The notes: generated by a model not told the origin, from the sequence alone. A stretch of 64,000 nt of DNA from an uncultured Methanomassiliicoccales archaeon (GCA_963695345.1 OY968769.1:416001-480000); one strand, 5' to 3'; positions 29,498 through 39,820 are shown, counted from the first letter of the stretch. Program-made: numbers and translations.

Positions 29498-30569
29498 TCA
29501 ATCCTCTCGGTACCGATATGAGATGTTGCAGCTTCCTTCTCTCGAGACCATGCAGGGCCCCATGGGGCGCTTCGGGTTGCATGCCCTGCCGAAGGCTGGA
29601 CATTCCTTCGATTCTATCAGTCCGCGCAGGACCTCGGCGCAGCGGCAGTTGCCCATCTCCTCCTCCACCACCGGAGCAGCGGCTATGATATCCTCATGGA
29701 CGATACGGGCGTTCTGCTGGTCGAACTCGGGACGAAGCTCGAGCGCGCTCTTCGGCAACACCGGGAAGCCGCGCCAGTTCTTGTCGACCGCCTCGAACAC
29801 GTCATCGAGCATCTTGATGGCGATAGGGTTCCCCTCGGGCCTGACGACCCGGGAATACTCGTTCTCCACCTCTGCCCGTGCCTTCCCGGATCTGGGTCAC
29901 CATCATGTACACCGTGACCAGGATGTCCAGGGGCTCGAACCCGGCGACCACCTGCGGCACGTGCATGTCTCGGGCGAACCTTTCGAAAGGCTTCGTCCCG
30001 ATGATGGTGGCCACGTGACCTGGCTGAATGAGGCCGTCGATCCGTACCTCGCCCATCCTGAAAAGCGCGTCCAATGCCGGGGGCAGGATCCGGTGGCAGC
30101 TCAGGAACGTGAGGTTCTTGGGAACACCGCTCAGGACCACCGAGGCGGTTGTCGGGCTGGTGGTCTCGAACCCGATCGACATGAATACGGCATTCTTGAC
30201 CTCGGGCGCTATCCGTAATGCGTCCTCGACGGAATACACCACCCGCACATCCGCCCCTTCCGCCTTGGCATCCGCGAGCGACCCGATCGGCGTCGGGACG
30301 GTGAGCATGTCCCCGAACACCGCGATGGTGACACCGTTCCTTGCCAGGGTGATGGCCTCCACCACCTCCTTTGTGGTGGTGACGCAGACCGGGCATCCCG
30401 GTCCCTGCCGGATGCGTACGCCCACACCCTTCAGCATCTCCTCCAGGCCGAACTTGACCAGGGTGTCCTGGTGCGTACCGCACACGTGCATGAACTGGAG
30501 GTCCAGGTCGTATTTGCCGAGATTCTCGATGATCTTCTTGGCCGTGGCTTCCTCTCTGAATCGGAACAT
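29498..30569 (-). CDS. hypD: Hydrogenase maturation protein HypD; frameshift near 29879
   Basis: MHVCGTH, GPGCPVC, IGFETT, PGHV, GFEP, ENEYSR, PMGPCMVSREGSC. Confidence 0.93.
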
Positions 30570-30943
30570 TATTTCTCCACCACCTTGATCGATGATATCC
30601 TGCAGCTCTTGCCCTTGGTCACCTTGACGCCGGCGCCGCATTTGGGACATGAGAGCTTGGGAATGTTGTTATGGAACGACTCGTCTACATAGTATTCGGC
30701 CGGACCGTTGAAACCGCAGGAGGGACATGATACCTCGGCCTTCTCGTCCTCGAAGACCAGCCTCGATCCTTCCAGGACCGTCTCCCTGGTCATGATCTCA
30801 TAGGCAAAGGCGAGCTGGTCCTTTCCCAGGTAGGTCATCTCCCCGACCACCAGGTTGACCTCCTCCACCTTCTCCACGTCATGCTTTGCCAGCTCCGCCA
30901 TCACCGCGTCGATGATGCCGGACATGACCGATACTTCGTGCAT
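30569..30943 (-). CDS. hypA: Hydrogenase nickel metallochaperone HypA
   Basis: MHEVS start, two CxxC motifs. Confidence 0.93.
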   Translation of the reverse strand: MHEVSVMSGIIDAVMAELAKHDVEKVEEVNLVVGEMTYLGKDQLAFAYEIMTRETVLEGSRLVFEDEKAEVSCPSCGFNGPAEYYVDESFHNNIPKLSCPKCGAGVKVTKGKSCRISSIKVVEK

Positions 30944-31324
30944 TGAAAAACCGAACGGGAAGGTCCTATTTATTTAGTTACTGGCGAAGAGCATGAGATT
31001 ACGATGGAAAGACCTGAGAAATCCCAGACGTCGCCTGGTTCGCACAGAACCATGGTCAGTTTGACCAACCTTGAACTGGTCGTGACCTTAGGGATTGTCA
31101 CTTAGTGTTCGACGACAGAGACTGACCTAGGTCACTTCCTCATGATCAAAAAGAGAGACCTGAAGCGAATGCAGGGCGCATCAGGAGGGAGCCGGTGACC
31201 TGCCGCCGATGGGCCGACATCGATACAAGATGGGGCAAATCAAGAAACCCGATTCCTATCTGGGCGATTAGGCCGAGGAACCTGAACAACGCTTTTATAT
31301 CTCTAGTCCAATACGAATGACGTA

Positions 31325-31612
31325 ATGCCAGAAGATGAGAGGACGCGCGGCGAGATAATGCTCGAATCCATCATAGAAGGCAAGAAGATGGAGGCCTATG
31401 TCGAGCACTGCACAAAGGACATGCACGTCTGCACGTTTTGCGGCACCATCGGTTACAAGAAGCAGCCCATGAGGCTTATCGGGAAGAAATGGCTCTGCAT
31501 CGACTGTCTCCGCCAGCTCAAGGAAACCATGGAGACGATGGACCAATGGGAAGCGGAACTGCAGCTCGAGAAAGAGATGTCCAAGAAGATCGATGAGACT
31601 CTCGGCCTATGA
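31325..31612 (+). CDS. Small zinc-finger/coiled-coil hypothetical protein
   Basis: CTFC...CIDC followed by an amphipathic helix; TTTTATAT box about 25 bp upstream. Confidence 0.75.
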   Translation: MPEDERTRGEIMLESIIEGKKMEAYVEHCTKDMHVCTFCGTIGYKKQPMRLIGKKWLCIDCLRQLKETMETMDQWEAELQLEKEMSKKIDETLGL

Positions 31613-31613
31613 T

Positions 31614-32294
31614 CTAGTTTCCACTTGTTTTACGCCTATCATCATCTGGTAAAGCAGAGAAATAGTCGCATTCCGATCTTACGGAGCATTTGTCACAGCG
31701 AGGGTTTCGGGGAAGACATATCCGTTGGCCGAATCGGATCATGATCGCGTTGATGTCGCACCACAGTTCCTTGGGAGCGATGTTCATGAGAGAGACCTCG
31801 GTCTCATCCGGCGAATCCGTGGCGACGATACCTATCCGATTGGATATCCTGTGGACATGGGTGTCAACGCAGATGGACGGTATTCCGAAGCCGTAGGACA
31901 GCACACAATTGGCGGTCTTCCGTCCCACCATGGGGAGGGTGAGCAGGACCTCGATATCGGAGGGTACCTTGTCGTTGAAATCCTGGTGCAGACGGCGACC
32001 AATTTCCTTTATCGCCTTGGCCTTGGCCTGAGGGAATCCGGCCGGGCGTACCAGTTCGATCAGCTCATCCAGGTCGGCCGAGGCGATCTCCGCCGGGGTA
32101 TCGAACCGGGAGAAGAGCGCCTTCGAAGCGGTGAAGGTGTTCTGGTCCCTGGTACGTTGGGACAGGACGGTAGAGATCAACACATGGAAGGGGTCCCGGG
32201 CCCAGACCACATCGATGTGCTCCATCGCTCCTGGATACGCCTCGTCCGCCACCTGCCCCTTCATCATGGTCAGCAAAGACCTAATTCGTTTCAT
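31614..32294 (-). CDS. nth: Endonuclease III
   Basis: LISTVLSQRT, HhH motif LPMVGRKTA, VDTHVHR, CLPRNPRCDKC...C. Confidence 0.93.
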   Translation of the reverse strand: MKRIRSLLTMMKGQVADEAYPGAMEHIDVVWARDPFHVLISTVLSQRTRDQNTFTASKALFSRFDTPAEIASADLDELIELVRPAGFPQAKAKAIKEIGRRLHQDFNDKVPSDIEVLLTLPMVGRKTANCVLSYGFGIPSICVDTHVHRISNRIGIVATDSPDETEVSLMNIAPKELWCDINAIMIRFGQRICLPRNPRCDKCSVRSECDYFSALPDDDRRKTSGN

Positions 32295-33570
32295 GAGCGC
32301 CCCACCACCGTTTTGCCTCTCCCACGGTGTATAACGAACCTCCGACGATCACCGTATCGCCCTCTGCTGACCTTTCCAAAGCCATGGCCAGCGCCCCCCC
32401 GACATCGTGGCTTACAGAGACATCTGCGCAGAAGTGCGCCATGACCTCCTGGACGTGCTCGGCCGGGAACGCCCTTTCGGTGTTCGGCATGGTGGCGATG
32501 ACCGAGTCAGCGACCTTGCCGAACTGGCAGGAAATGCCCTCCAGGTCCTTGTCGTTGAGCACGCCCAGGACTACGATCGTGTGTCCCTGCCTGATCTTCA
32601 TGATCTCTTGCACCGCCACCTTCGCCCCTTCGGGAGTATGGCTGACGTCGAAGATGACCAATGGCCTGTCCCGCACCACCTCCAGGCGACCGGGCCACAC
32701 CACCTGGGACAGTCCGAGGGCGATGGACCCCTCGGTGATCCTGAGCCCTTTCTTTCTCAATTCCAAGGCGGCCTCGCATGCCATCGCGGCGTTCGATGCC
32801 TGGTAGTCTCCCAGGAGGGGGACCTGCACCACCCGGCCTATGGACGGCAAATGAACCGCGACACCGGAACGATCGCCGCTGACCAACTGGAATCTGAAGT
32901 CGGCGCCCAGCCTCGACAGGCAAGCCCCCTTGTCCCGGGCGATCGAATCCAGGACCTTCAGGACCACTGGGTCGTCCTCGGCGGTAATGACCATTACGGA
33001 CGGCTTGATGATGCCCGCCTTCTCGTAGGCTATCTTGGCCACCGTGTCTCCCAGGTATTGGACATGCTCCTTGCTGATACGAGTGATGACGCACACGTCC
33101 GGAGCTAGGACATTGGTCGCGTCCAGGCGGCCCCCCAAGCCGACCTCGATGACCGCTGCCTCCACTCCCTTCCTGGCAAAGTACAGGAATGCGATGGCGG
33201 TGGTGACCTCGAAGAACGTCAGCGACCCGCCCTCAGCGTCAACGGACCGTTCCCCCGCGCTGCGGACCTCGCCCGCCAGGGCGACTACGTCGGCCTCCGG
33301 GATCATCTGCCCGTCCACCATGATACGCTCCCGGAAATCCACCAGATGAGGTGAGGTATAGAGTCCGGTACGGAGCCCTGACGCCTGCAGGATGGATGCG
33401 GTCATGGCGCAGACGGAGCCTTTTCCATTGGTCCCGGCGACGTGAACGGAACGGAACGAGGACTGCGGATCCCCCAGGTCATGCAGAAGCCGTCTGATCC
33501 GACCTAGGCCGAGCTTGATGCCCATGTTCTCCAGGCCGAAGAGCCAGTCCAAGGTCTCCTGGTATTCCAT
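32281..33570 (-). CDS. folC: Folylpolyglutamate synthase/dihydrofolate synthase
   Basis: HVAGTNGKGS, YTSPHL, EVGLGGRLDATN, WPGRLE, GSLY. Confidence 0.95.
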   Translation of the reverse strand: MEYQETLDWLFGLENMGIKLGLGRIRRLLHDLGDPQSSFRSVHVAGTNGKGSVCAMTASILQASGLRTGLYTSPHLVDFRERIMVDGQMIPEADVVALAGEVRSAGERSVDAEGGSLTFFEVTTAIAFLYFARKGVEAAVIEVGLGGRLDATNVLAPDVCVITRISKEHVQYLGDTVAKIAYEKAGIIKPSVMVITAEDDPVVLKVLDSIARDKGACLSRLGADFRFQLVSGDRSGVAVHLPSIGRVVQVPLLGDYQASNAAMACEAALELRKKGLRITEGSIALGLSQVVWPGRLEVVRDRPLVIFDVSHTPEGAKVAVQEIMKIRQGHTIVVLGVLNDKDLEGISCQFGKVADSVIATMPNTERAFPAEHVQEVMAHFCADVSVSHDVGGALAMALERSAEGDTVIVGGSLYTVGEAKRWWGAHETN

Positions 33571-33599
33571 GTTCCCGGTTACATCGGCGAATGGTTTAA

Positions 33600-34373
33600 T
33601 CATTGCTCTTCCGCGAGCCTGTTCACCATCTCGCCCAGCGTCAGCCCGTCGCGTTTGGCCATCCTCTTCATGGCGTTCATGATGCCCGAGCCGTATTGCG
33701 CCGCCTTCTTCTTCCTATCGGCGATCGGTCCCAGCCCCAGCGCCCGGCCGACATCGCGCAGGATGGCCTTGTTCTCATCGCCGCGCAGGAGCATTTCCAG
33801 CGGCAGATCGAGGGACATCCGGACCACTTCCGGGTCCAGGAAAGGATGGAATAGTGTCTTTCCGAACGATCCCGCAGCCTGTTTCTCTGCTTTCATGCCA
33901 TGGACGAGCAGCGCCTCCAGGTCATGTCCCATGGAAGCCCTCATCCCCTTTTCCTCCATGGAGCGGTAACGGGAGTAACCGGCGTAAAGCTCGTCCGCTC
34001 CCTGGCCGCACATCAGCAGGTCCTCCGCCGCGACGCCTAGCACAAGAAAGAGAGGCATCTCGAACGACAGGGTAAGCGGGGACGTCCCGAAGAAAGGTAC
34101 CATGCCTTTGATGGCCTGACGTATCTCATCCTCGCCTACGACCAGACCCACCCAGTCCAGACCCAGCCCTTCCGCGGTGCTCTTGGCCACCGTCAGGTCG
34201 CTGGCGCCTTCGATGCCTACCGTGTACAGCGTGGTCCGAGAATGGCGCGCCACCAAGGCAGCGACCACACTGCTGTCGATCCCTCCGGAGAAGAGGACCC
34301 CCGTGGTCCCGGTGGATATCTTTTCACGCACCGCCTCGTCCAAGGTGCTTAGTAATTGGTCGATCCGGTTCAC
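33600..34373 (-). CDS. Asparagine synthase C-terminal-domain protein (no glutaminase domain)
   Basis: FSGGIDSS, GQGADELYAGY, PFLD, RKKKAAQYGSG. Confidence 0.85.
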   Translation of the reverse strand: MNRIDQLLSTLDEAVREKISTGTTGVLFSGGIDSSVVAALVARHSRTTLYTVGIEGASDLTVAKSTAEGLGLDWVGLVVGEDEIRQAIKGMVPFFGTSPLTLSFEMPLFLVLGVAAEDLLMCGQGADELYAGYSRYRSMEEKGMRASMGHDLEALLVHGMKAEKQAAGSFGKTLFHPFLDPEVVRMSLDLPLEMLLRGDENKAILRDVGRALGLGPIADRKKKAAQYGSGIMNAMKRMAKRDGLTLGEMVNRLAEEQ

Positions 34374-34465
34374 GCCCGAAGGAAGGCATTCGGGCCTATT
34401 TCACGTATGTCATGCCGGCGCACGAAAGGATTATGGCAAGTAACACTATTTGACACGGGAGTAAC

Positions 34466-34918
34466 ATGGAAAACGTGACCAGGATCGGGGTATCCCTTGA
34501 ACCGGAGCTTCTGGAGAAGTTCGATAAACTGATCGAGGGGAAGGGCTACACCACCCGTTCCGAGGCCATCCGGGACCTGATCCGGGAGGAACTGGTCAAG
34601 GACATCGTGAAGGACGACAATGCCATGGTATTCGGCACCATCACCCTGATCTACGAGCATCACAAAGGCAGTGTGAAGGAGGAGCTCATGGACATCCAGC
34701 ATGCGCATCATACCAGCATCTCTTCGTCGATCCATGTCCATCTCAATCTGGAGCAATGCCTTGAGGTGCTGATCGTTTCCGGTTCGGTCAGGGACATCAA
34801 GCACCTATCAGACGAGATAGGCAGCGTGCGGGGAGTCATGCATATGGAACCGGTCATGATCTCCGGTTCCCTCGGTGGGCACAGCCATCATCAGGGCCAG
34901 GAACAGCATACCCATTGA
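34466..34918 (+). CDS. nikR: Nickel-responsive regulator NikR with His-rich tail
   Basis: RIGVSL ribbon-helix-helix, RSEAIRDLIR, YEHH, HVHL...CLEV. Confidence 0.95.
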   Translation: MENVTRIGVSLEPELLEKFDKLIEGKGYTTRSEAIRDLIREELVKDIVKDDNAMVFGTITLIYEHHKGSVKEELMDIQHAHHTSISSSIHVHLNLEQCLEVLIVSGSVRDIKHLSDEIGSVRGVMHMEPVMISGSLGGHSHHQGQEQHTH

Positions 34919-35051
34919 GGACGTTCCGTGGTCCGGTCGGTCTCCGAGCAGGACCTCTGGCGCTGGCTATCCAGTCGGAATGGAACCGCTGGAAATCGGC
35001 AGCCAGTTTACCATACTTTCTTATAAGAGATACCTTGTTTGTGCGGTCCGG

Positions 35052-37487
35052 ATGAAGATACTAGTAATCTCTGAGAAGTCGAACGCTGCCGCCAGGATAT
35101 CCTATATTCTTTCCAACGCTTCGACCAAGAGGAAGAATATGGGCGGTGTCCAGGTTTTCGAGTTCAACAGAGAAGGGGACGAGTACTGGGTGGTAGGTCT
35201 CCGGGGTCACATCATCGAGATCGACTACCCTGAGGAGTTCAACGACTGGAATGCGGTCGACCCCAAGAAATTGGTCTATGCGGTCCCGGAAAAGCGGGTC
35301 ATGGCCAAGAACATAATCGCGATATTGACGGACCTGGGCAAGGTCGCCGACCAGATCATCATAGCGACCGACTATGACCGGGAAGGGGAGCTCATCGGAC
35401 TGGAGACCGTGCACCTTCTGGGCGTGGACATGTCCAAGGTCAAACGTTCCAAGTTCTCCGCCTTCACCAAGGTCGAGATCGAGAACGCGTTCAGCAACCT
35501 CACCGATCCGGATGAGAAGCTGGCCAAGGCGGCCGAATCAAGACAGTACATCGATCTTGCCTGGGGAGCGGCATTGACCCGGTTCATCTCACTGAACTCC
35601 GGTCAGGTCGGGTCCAATTTCCTCTCCGTCGGCCGGGTCCAGAGCCCTACCTTGTCGCTCATCGTCGACCGCCACCGGGAGATAACCAGCTTCGTTCCCG
35701 AACCATACTGGAACGTCACTGCCAATTTCTTCAAGGAGACGGCCTTCGGAGGCGTGCACCAGAAGAACCCGTTCAAGTCCGAGGCGGACGCGAACGCCGC
35801 GCTTGCCAAGATCAAGGACGCCAAGGTCGGAACGGTGGAGAAGTTCGAGAAAAAGGAGAAGGACGAGTACCCGCCCGCCCCGTTCAACACCACCATGATG
35901 ATGGCGGAGGCCAACAAGATGGGCATTTCGCCTTCGATGGCGATGAAATTGGCCGAGGACCTCTACACATCTGGTTACATATCATACCCGAGGACGGACA
36001 ATACCGTCTATCCCCGGTCATTGTCGCTGAAGACGATATTGGAGAAGCTCAAGGAATCTCCCTTCAAGTCCGAGGCCGAGGAGATATTGAGGCAGGAATC
36101 GATCCGACCGTCCAGGGGCAAGATCGAGACCACCGACCACCCTCCGATCTATCCCACCGAGGCAGCCTCCCCGGACAAGGTCAAGGGAGAGAAGTGGAAG
36201 CTATACGAGCTCATCGTTCGCCGTTTCTTCGCCACCGTCGCGCCCGCCGCCAGGTCCGAAGGGATCGATGTGACCATCAAGGTGGAGGGCGAACCGTTCG
36301 ACTCCAAGGGCTACCGCATCCTGTTCGAGGGATGGAGGAAATACTATCCTTACTGGCGGGTCACGGAGGTCCTGCTTCCGGCAATGGCTCCGGGAACCGA
36401 GGTCGAGGCCAAGGGCTTTGACGTCGAGACCAAGGAGACCCAACCACCGCGCCGCTACTCCCAGGGCACCCTCCTTCAGGAGATGGAGAAACTGGGCCTG
36501 GGCACCAAGTCGACCAGGCATGACATTATCCAGAAGCTCTACGACCGGAAGTATGCCGTGGGCAACGACCTTATCCCGACCCAGTCCGGGATCGCCGTCG
36601 CCAGCGCCTTGGAGAAGCATGCCAAGATCGTCACCGAGAGCAAGATGACGGCCCACCTGGAACAGGACATGGAGAACATCGCCAATGGCAGCACGACGCT
36701 GCCGGAGGTGGTCGAGGAATCCCAGGACATGCTCTCCGACATCCTCGAGGTGATGGACAAGAACAAGCAGGGCATCGGTGACGAGATAAGGCAGGCCCTC
36801 CATGAGCAGAGCTTCATCGGCCTGTGCCCCGCGTGCGGCGGGAACCTCAGGGTCCTCCGCAGCAGGAAGGGGGCAGAGTTCATCGGATGTTCCGGGTATC
36901 CGGAATGCAAGAAGGCGTTCCCGAAACCCAGGGGAGCGTTGGTCCAGACGACCGATCAGCTTTGCGATGTCTGCAAACTGCCCAAGGTGAGGGTCATCCG
37001 GAGGGGCAGTCCGCCGGCGGTCATCTGCATCGATCCCGAGTGCGAGAGCAACCGTGACACCACCACGGTAGGCCAATGTCCTGATTGCGGGAAAGACCTC
37101 AGAATTCTCTATTCACGCTTCGGAAAGAGGTTCATCGGCTGTTCTGGATACCCGAACTGCAAGCGGACCTATCCTCTGCCCCAGCTTGGAACGGTCTACT
37201 CGACCGGCACCAAGTGCGAGGTCTGCGGAGCTCCGGTGATGGGGGTCAAAGGCGCCCGGTCATGGCAGTTCTGCGCGAACATGGAGTGTACCTCCAACAA
37301 GCGGGCGAAGAAGGAAGGGGAAGAGCCAAAGAAGACCGCGGCCAAGAAGGCGGCGAAGAAGGCACCGGCCAAAAAGAAGGCCGTAGCCGCGGATGAAGAA
37401 GCTCCCGCAAAGAAGACGGCGGTCAAGAAGGCGGCGAAGAAGGCACCGGCCAAAAAGAAGGCAAAGCCGGAAAAGAAGCCCGAGTGA
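35052..37487 (+). CDS. topA: DNA topoisomerase I (type IA) with Zn ribbons and Lys/Ala-rich tail
   Basis: ISEK, ATDYDREGE, SVGRVQSP, ISYPRTD, GLGTKSTR, repeated FIGCSGYP. Confidence 0.96.
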   Translation: MKILVISEKSNAAARISYILSNASTKRKNMGGVQVFEFNREGDEYWVVGLRGHIIEIDYPEEFNDWNAVDPKKLVYAVPEKRVMAKNIIAILTDLGKVADQIIIATDYDREGELIGLETVHLLGVDMSKVKRSKFSAFTKVEIENAFSNLTDPDEKLAKAAESRQYIDLAWGAALTRFISLNSGQVGSNFLSVGRVQSPTLSLIVDRHREITSFVPEPYWNVTANFFKETAFGGVHQKNPFKSEADANAALAKIKDAKVGTVEKFEKKEKDEYPPAPFNTTMMMAEANKMGISPSMAMKLAEDLYTSGYISYPRTDNTVYPRSLSLKTILEKLKESPFKSEAEEILRQESIRPSRGKIETTDHPPIYPTEAASPDKVKGEKWKLYELIVRRFFATVAPAARSEGIDVTIKVEGEPFDSKGYRILFEGWRKYYPYWRVTEVLLPAMAPGTEVEAKGFDVETKETQPPRRYSQGTLLQEMEKLGLGTKSTRHDIIQKLYDRKYAVGNDLIPTQSGIAVASALEKHAKIVTESKMTAHLEQDMENIANGSTTLPEVVEESQDMLSDILEVMDKNKQGIGDEIRQALHEQSFIGLCPACGGNLRVLRSRKGAEFIGCSGYPECKKAFPKPRGALVQTTDQLCDVCKLPKVRVIRRGSPPAVICIDPECESNRDTTTVGQCPDCGKDLRILYSRFGKRFIGCSGYPNCKRTYPLPQLGTVYSTGTKCEVCGAPVMGVKGARSWQFCANMECTSNKRAKKEGEEPKKTAAKKAAKKAPAKKKAVAADEEAPAKKTAVKKAAKKAPAKKKAKPEKKPE
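37329..37462 (+). repeat. 53-bp direct repeat (37329-37381 / 37410-37462) encoding KKTA(A/V)KKAAKKAPAKKKA
   Basis: 51 of 53 positions identical by direct comparison. Confidence 0.9.
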
Positions 37488-37497
37488 TCTCGTCCGT

Positions 37498-37923
37498 TCA
37501 GTGCTTGTGGTCGCCCGAGCAGGCTTCGTGGTCGTGTTCGTCCAGGTCCTCGACGGTGACCCTCGACACATCCCTGAACCCGGTCAGCACCGCTTTTTCG
37601 ACGATGTCCTCGATGGTCTGTTTGTCCAGACCGTACTGCAGAACGTTCAGCACGATCTCCAGCTTGTCGGACGCGACGGCGAAGGAATTGGAACAACGGG
37701 CCTTTCCATCTGGCGTGGTAACCGAACAGGCGATGTGCAGACCCTCTCCGACCTCTGCGATGCATTTGATGTGCCCGATCAGCCTGGTCCCGGCCTTTAC
37801 GCAATCCAATGCGACCCGGGTCAGCAGCGATTCCACCATATTCTGCATCTGGACAGGCTCGATCCTCTGCTTGAAGGTCACGTGTACCTTGGCGGCGCAG
37901 GCCGCGAAGTCCTCCGCCATCAT
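37498..37923 (-). CDS. Hypothetical partner of CobW-type GTPase (GHIK motif, His/acidic tail)
   Basis: IGHIKC; C-terminal DEHDHEACSGDHKH; overlaps the GTPase stop. Confidence 0.75.
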   Translation of the reverse strand: MMAEDFAACAAKVHVTFKQRIEPVQMQNMVESLLTRVALDCVKAGTRLIGHIKCIAEVGEGLHIACSVTTPDGKARCSNSFAVASDKLEIVLNVLQYGLDKQTIEDIVEKAVLTGFRDVSRVTVEDLDEHDHEACSGDHKH

Positions 37924-38519
37924 GGGCCCACCATCGCTTTGACGACCTGGTCCAGGTTCTCTCCGGTGACCGCCGACACCGAAATCGTTCTTTTCCGGAT
38001 ATCCAGTTCCGCTAGAATGTTCATGACCACCTGAACCGCCTCAGGTCCTGATTCGTCTATCTTGTTAATGACGATGATGTCCGCGGCATTGAGCTGGTTC
38101 TTGATCGGAATGGTCAAGGCATTGAGTATCAACGGAAATCGAACCGCGTCGACCACGACGATGATGCGTATCGGTTCGACCTTCGGGCCGCGGTACATCT
38201 TCATGGTGTCGATGATCTTCGCCGGATCGGCGATCCCGGTCGGTTCGACCAGGATCAGATCGGGCTTGAGATTGATGGCCACCGTGTTTACCGTTTCCAG
38301 GAAATCCGAACCCAATGTGCAGCAGATACAACCGCTCGGCATGTCCTGGACCTCCAGTCCATATTTCTTCATGACGGCGCCATCGATTCCGATCTTGCCG
38401 AAATCATTGACAATGACCACCACTTTCTTTTTGGTGGTCTCGATGTACTTACCGATCGTCGCCAGGATCATGGTGGTCTTGCCAGAACCGAGAAAACCGG
38501 ATACGACTAACATGTCCAT
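37920..38519 (-). CDS. CobW/HypB/UreG (G3E) metallochaperone GTPase
   Basis: GFLGSGKTT, VNDFG, GCICC, EPTG, NKID, SAVTG. Confidence 0.9.
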   Translation of the reverse strand: MDMLVVSGFLGSGKTTMILATIGKYIETTKKKVVVIVNDFGKIGIDGAVMKKYGLEVQDMPSGCICCTLGSDFLETVNTVAINLKPDLILVEPTGIADPAKIIDTMKMYRGPKVEPIRIIVVVDAVRFPLILNALTIPIKNQLNAADIIVINKIDESGPEAVQVVMNILAELDIRKRTISVSAVTGENLDQVVKAMVGP

Positions 38520-38642
38520 GAATATGACTCCCTTTGCGTTACCGGGTCGGTTGCTATCCGATGAGGCATATATAAAAGTAGGGCGATATGGGCCCGGGGA
38601 CCTCGAACAGAAGTAGGTGGCCACCCGGAACAATATGATGGT

Positions 38643-38891
38643 TTAGAACAGATTTATGACCATTCTAAGGGTTTTTCCGAAGGTGGGGTCACCACTCTCT
38701 TCTTCTTTGATCCCGGTGAAGGCGATGTCTTCTTCCTCTTTTTCTCGGGCGATTCGGGCATTGCGACATTTTCTGCACTCGACCGTCTTCCCGAGCTTGT
38801 GCTTGATCCCCACCACTGACCGGTCAAGCTCGGTCACTGCACCGCATGAGCACAGGATGCGCGACGTCTCAACCTGTTCGACAATGAGCAT
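38643..38891 (-). CDS. Small zinc-ribbon hypothetical protein
   Basis: CSCG...CRKCRN; start placed at MLIVEQ. Confidence 0.6.
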   Translation of the reverse strand: MLIVEQVETSRILCSCGAVTELDRSVVGIKHKLGKTVECRKCRNARIAREKEEEDIAFTGIKEEESGDPTFGKTLRMVINLF

Positions 38892-39376
38892 GCCAGAAGG
38901 CTCAGACGTTAGAGTCTTACATCTGATTGCGGGCATGAATTCATCCCTTCTCCCCAGGATCCCAAATTTTGGTTCGATCTTGTCAGCCCCGTGACCGAAC
39001 GCAGCCTCCGCTAGTTGAACATTATACAACCTATCCCTCCCCACTCAGAAATCAACCATCGGCCATCCGCTTCGCCCACAAGCTACTGGACAGCAGGAAA
39101 TATTGGTTACATCCCGAGTGAAAAACACTAACACTTCAGTATCGTATTAAACGTTTCGCACCTTGTATTAATGACGTATGCCAGATGTCTGACAGACCTT
39201 ATTTTTTCCGACCATAAGGCAAGTGCGTTAAGCCCTTGCCGGAAATGCTGGAAAAGCCCTCGACATGCATCGAATGGCACCCTTGAACTGTTCCGTTCCG
39301 TTTTATGCCTCGAGAGATAAATTGTAGCCCGCGTCATATGCCTTGGCAGCAATTTGGCAGACACTTTTTTTCGGTC

Positions 39377-39820
39377 CTACTCATCCTTTATGGTGGCGAA
39401 GCAGGCGCAGGTGAGAGTCTTGCCGACTCCGTCCATCTGCCTCATCTTGTCGATGACCAGCGAACCTATGCTCTCCATCGATTGACCCCTCACCTTCATC
39501 AGGATGTCGTGCTCCCCGGAGATCAGGTGTACCTCGTGCACCCCTTCCAAGGCGGCGATCTTCAAGCGCCAGCTCCCTCTGGGACATCTTGCTGTTCGGA
39601 AGGAAGGACATCAGGATGAAAGCGGTTATGGGCTCACCCAGCTTGGAAAAATCAGGGACCACGGTGAAGCCCTTGATGATTCCTTTCTCGGACATCCTCC
39701 TGATCCTTTCGTGCACGGTCGCCCTAGGTATCTCCAGGTCCTTGAAGCGATCGCCTTGGTGCTCCGTCTGGCATCCTTCTGGAGCTCTCTCAGGATGGAT
39801 TTGTCCTTATCGTCGAGCAT
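39377..39820 (-). CDS. Lrp/AsnC transcriptional regulator; frameshifts near 39745 and 39563
   Basis: MLDDKDKSILRELQKDAR...VHERIRRMSEKGIIKGFT...EVHLISGEHD, spread over three frames. Confidence 0.88.

Noticed and set aside
31006-31200. ORF MERPEKS...GIVT(TAG)CSTT... as a possible Pyl-containing peptide
   Set aside because: No recognisable protein features; a chance TAG is the simpler explanation
30990-31290. RNase P or SRP RNA in the ~300-nt gap
   Set aside because: Could not find the GAGGAAAGUCC-type P4 strands or the SRP helix-8 motif on either strand
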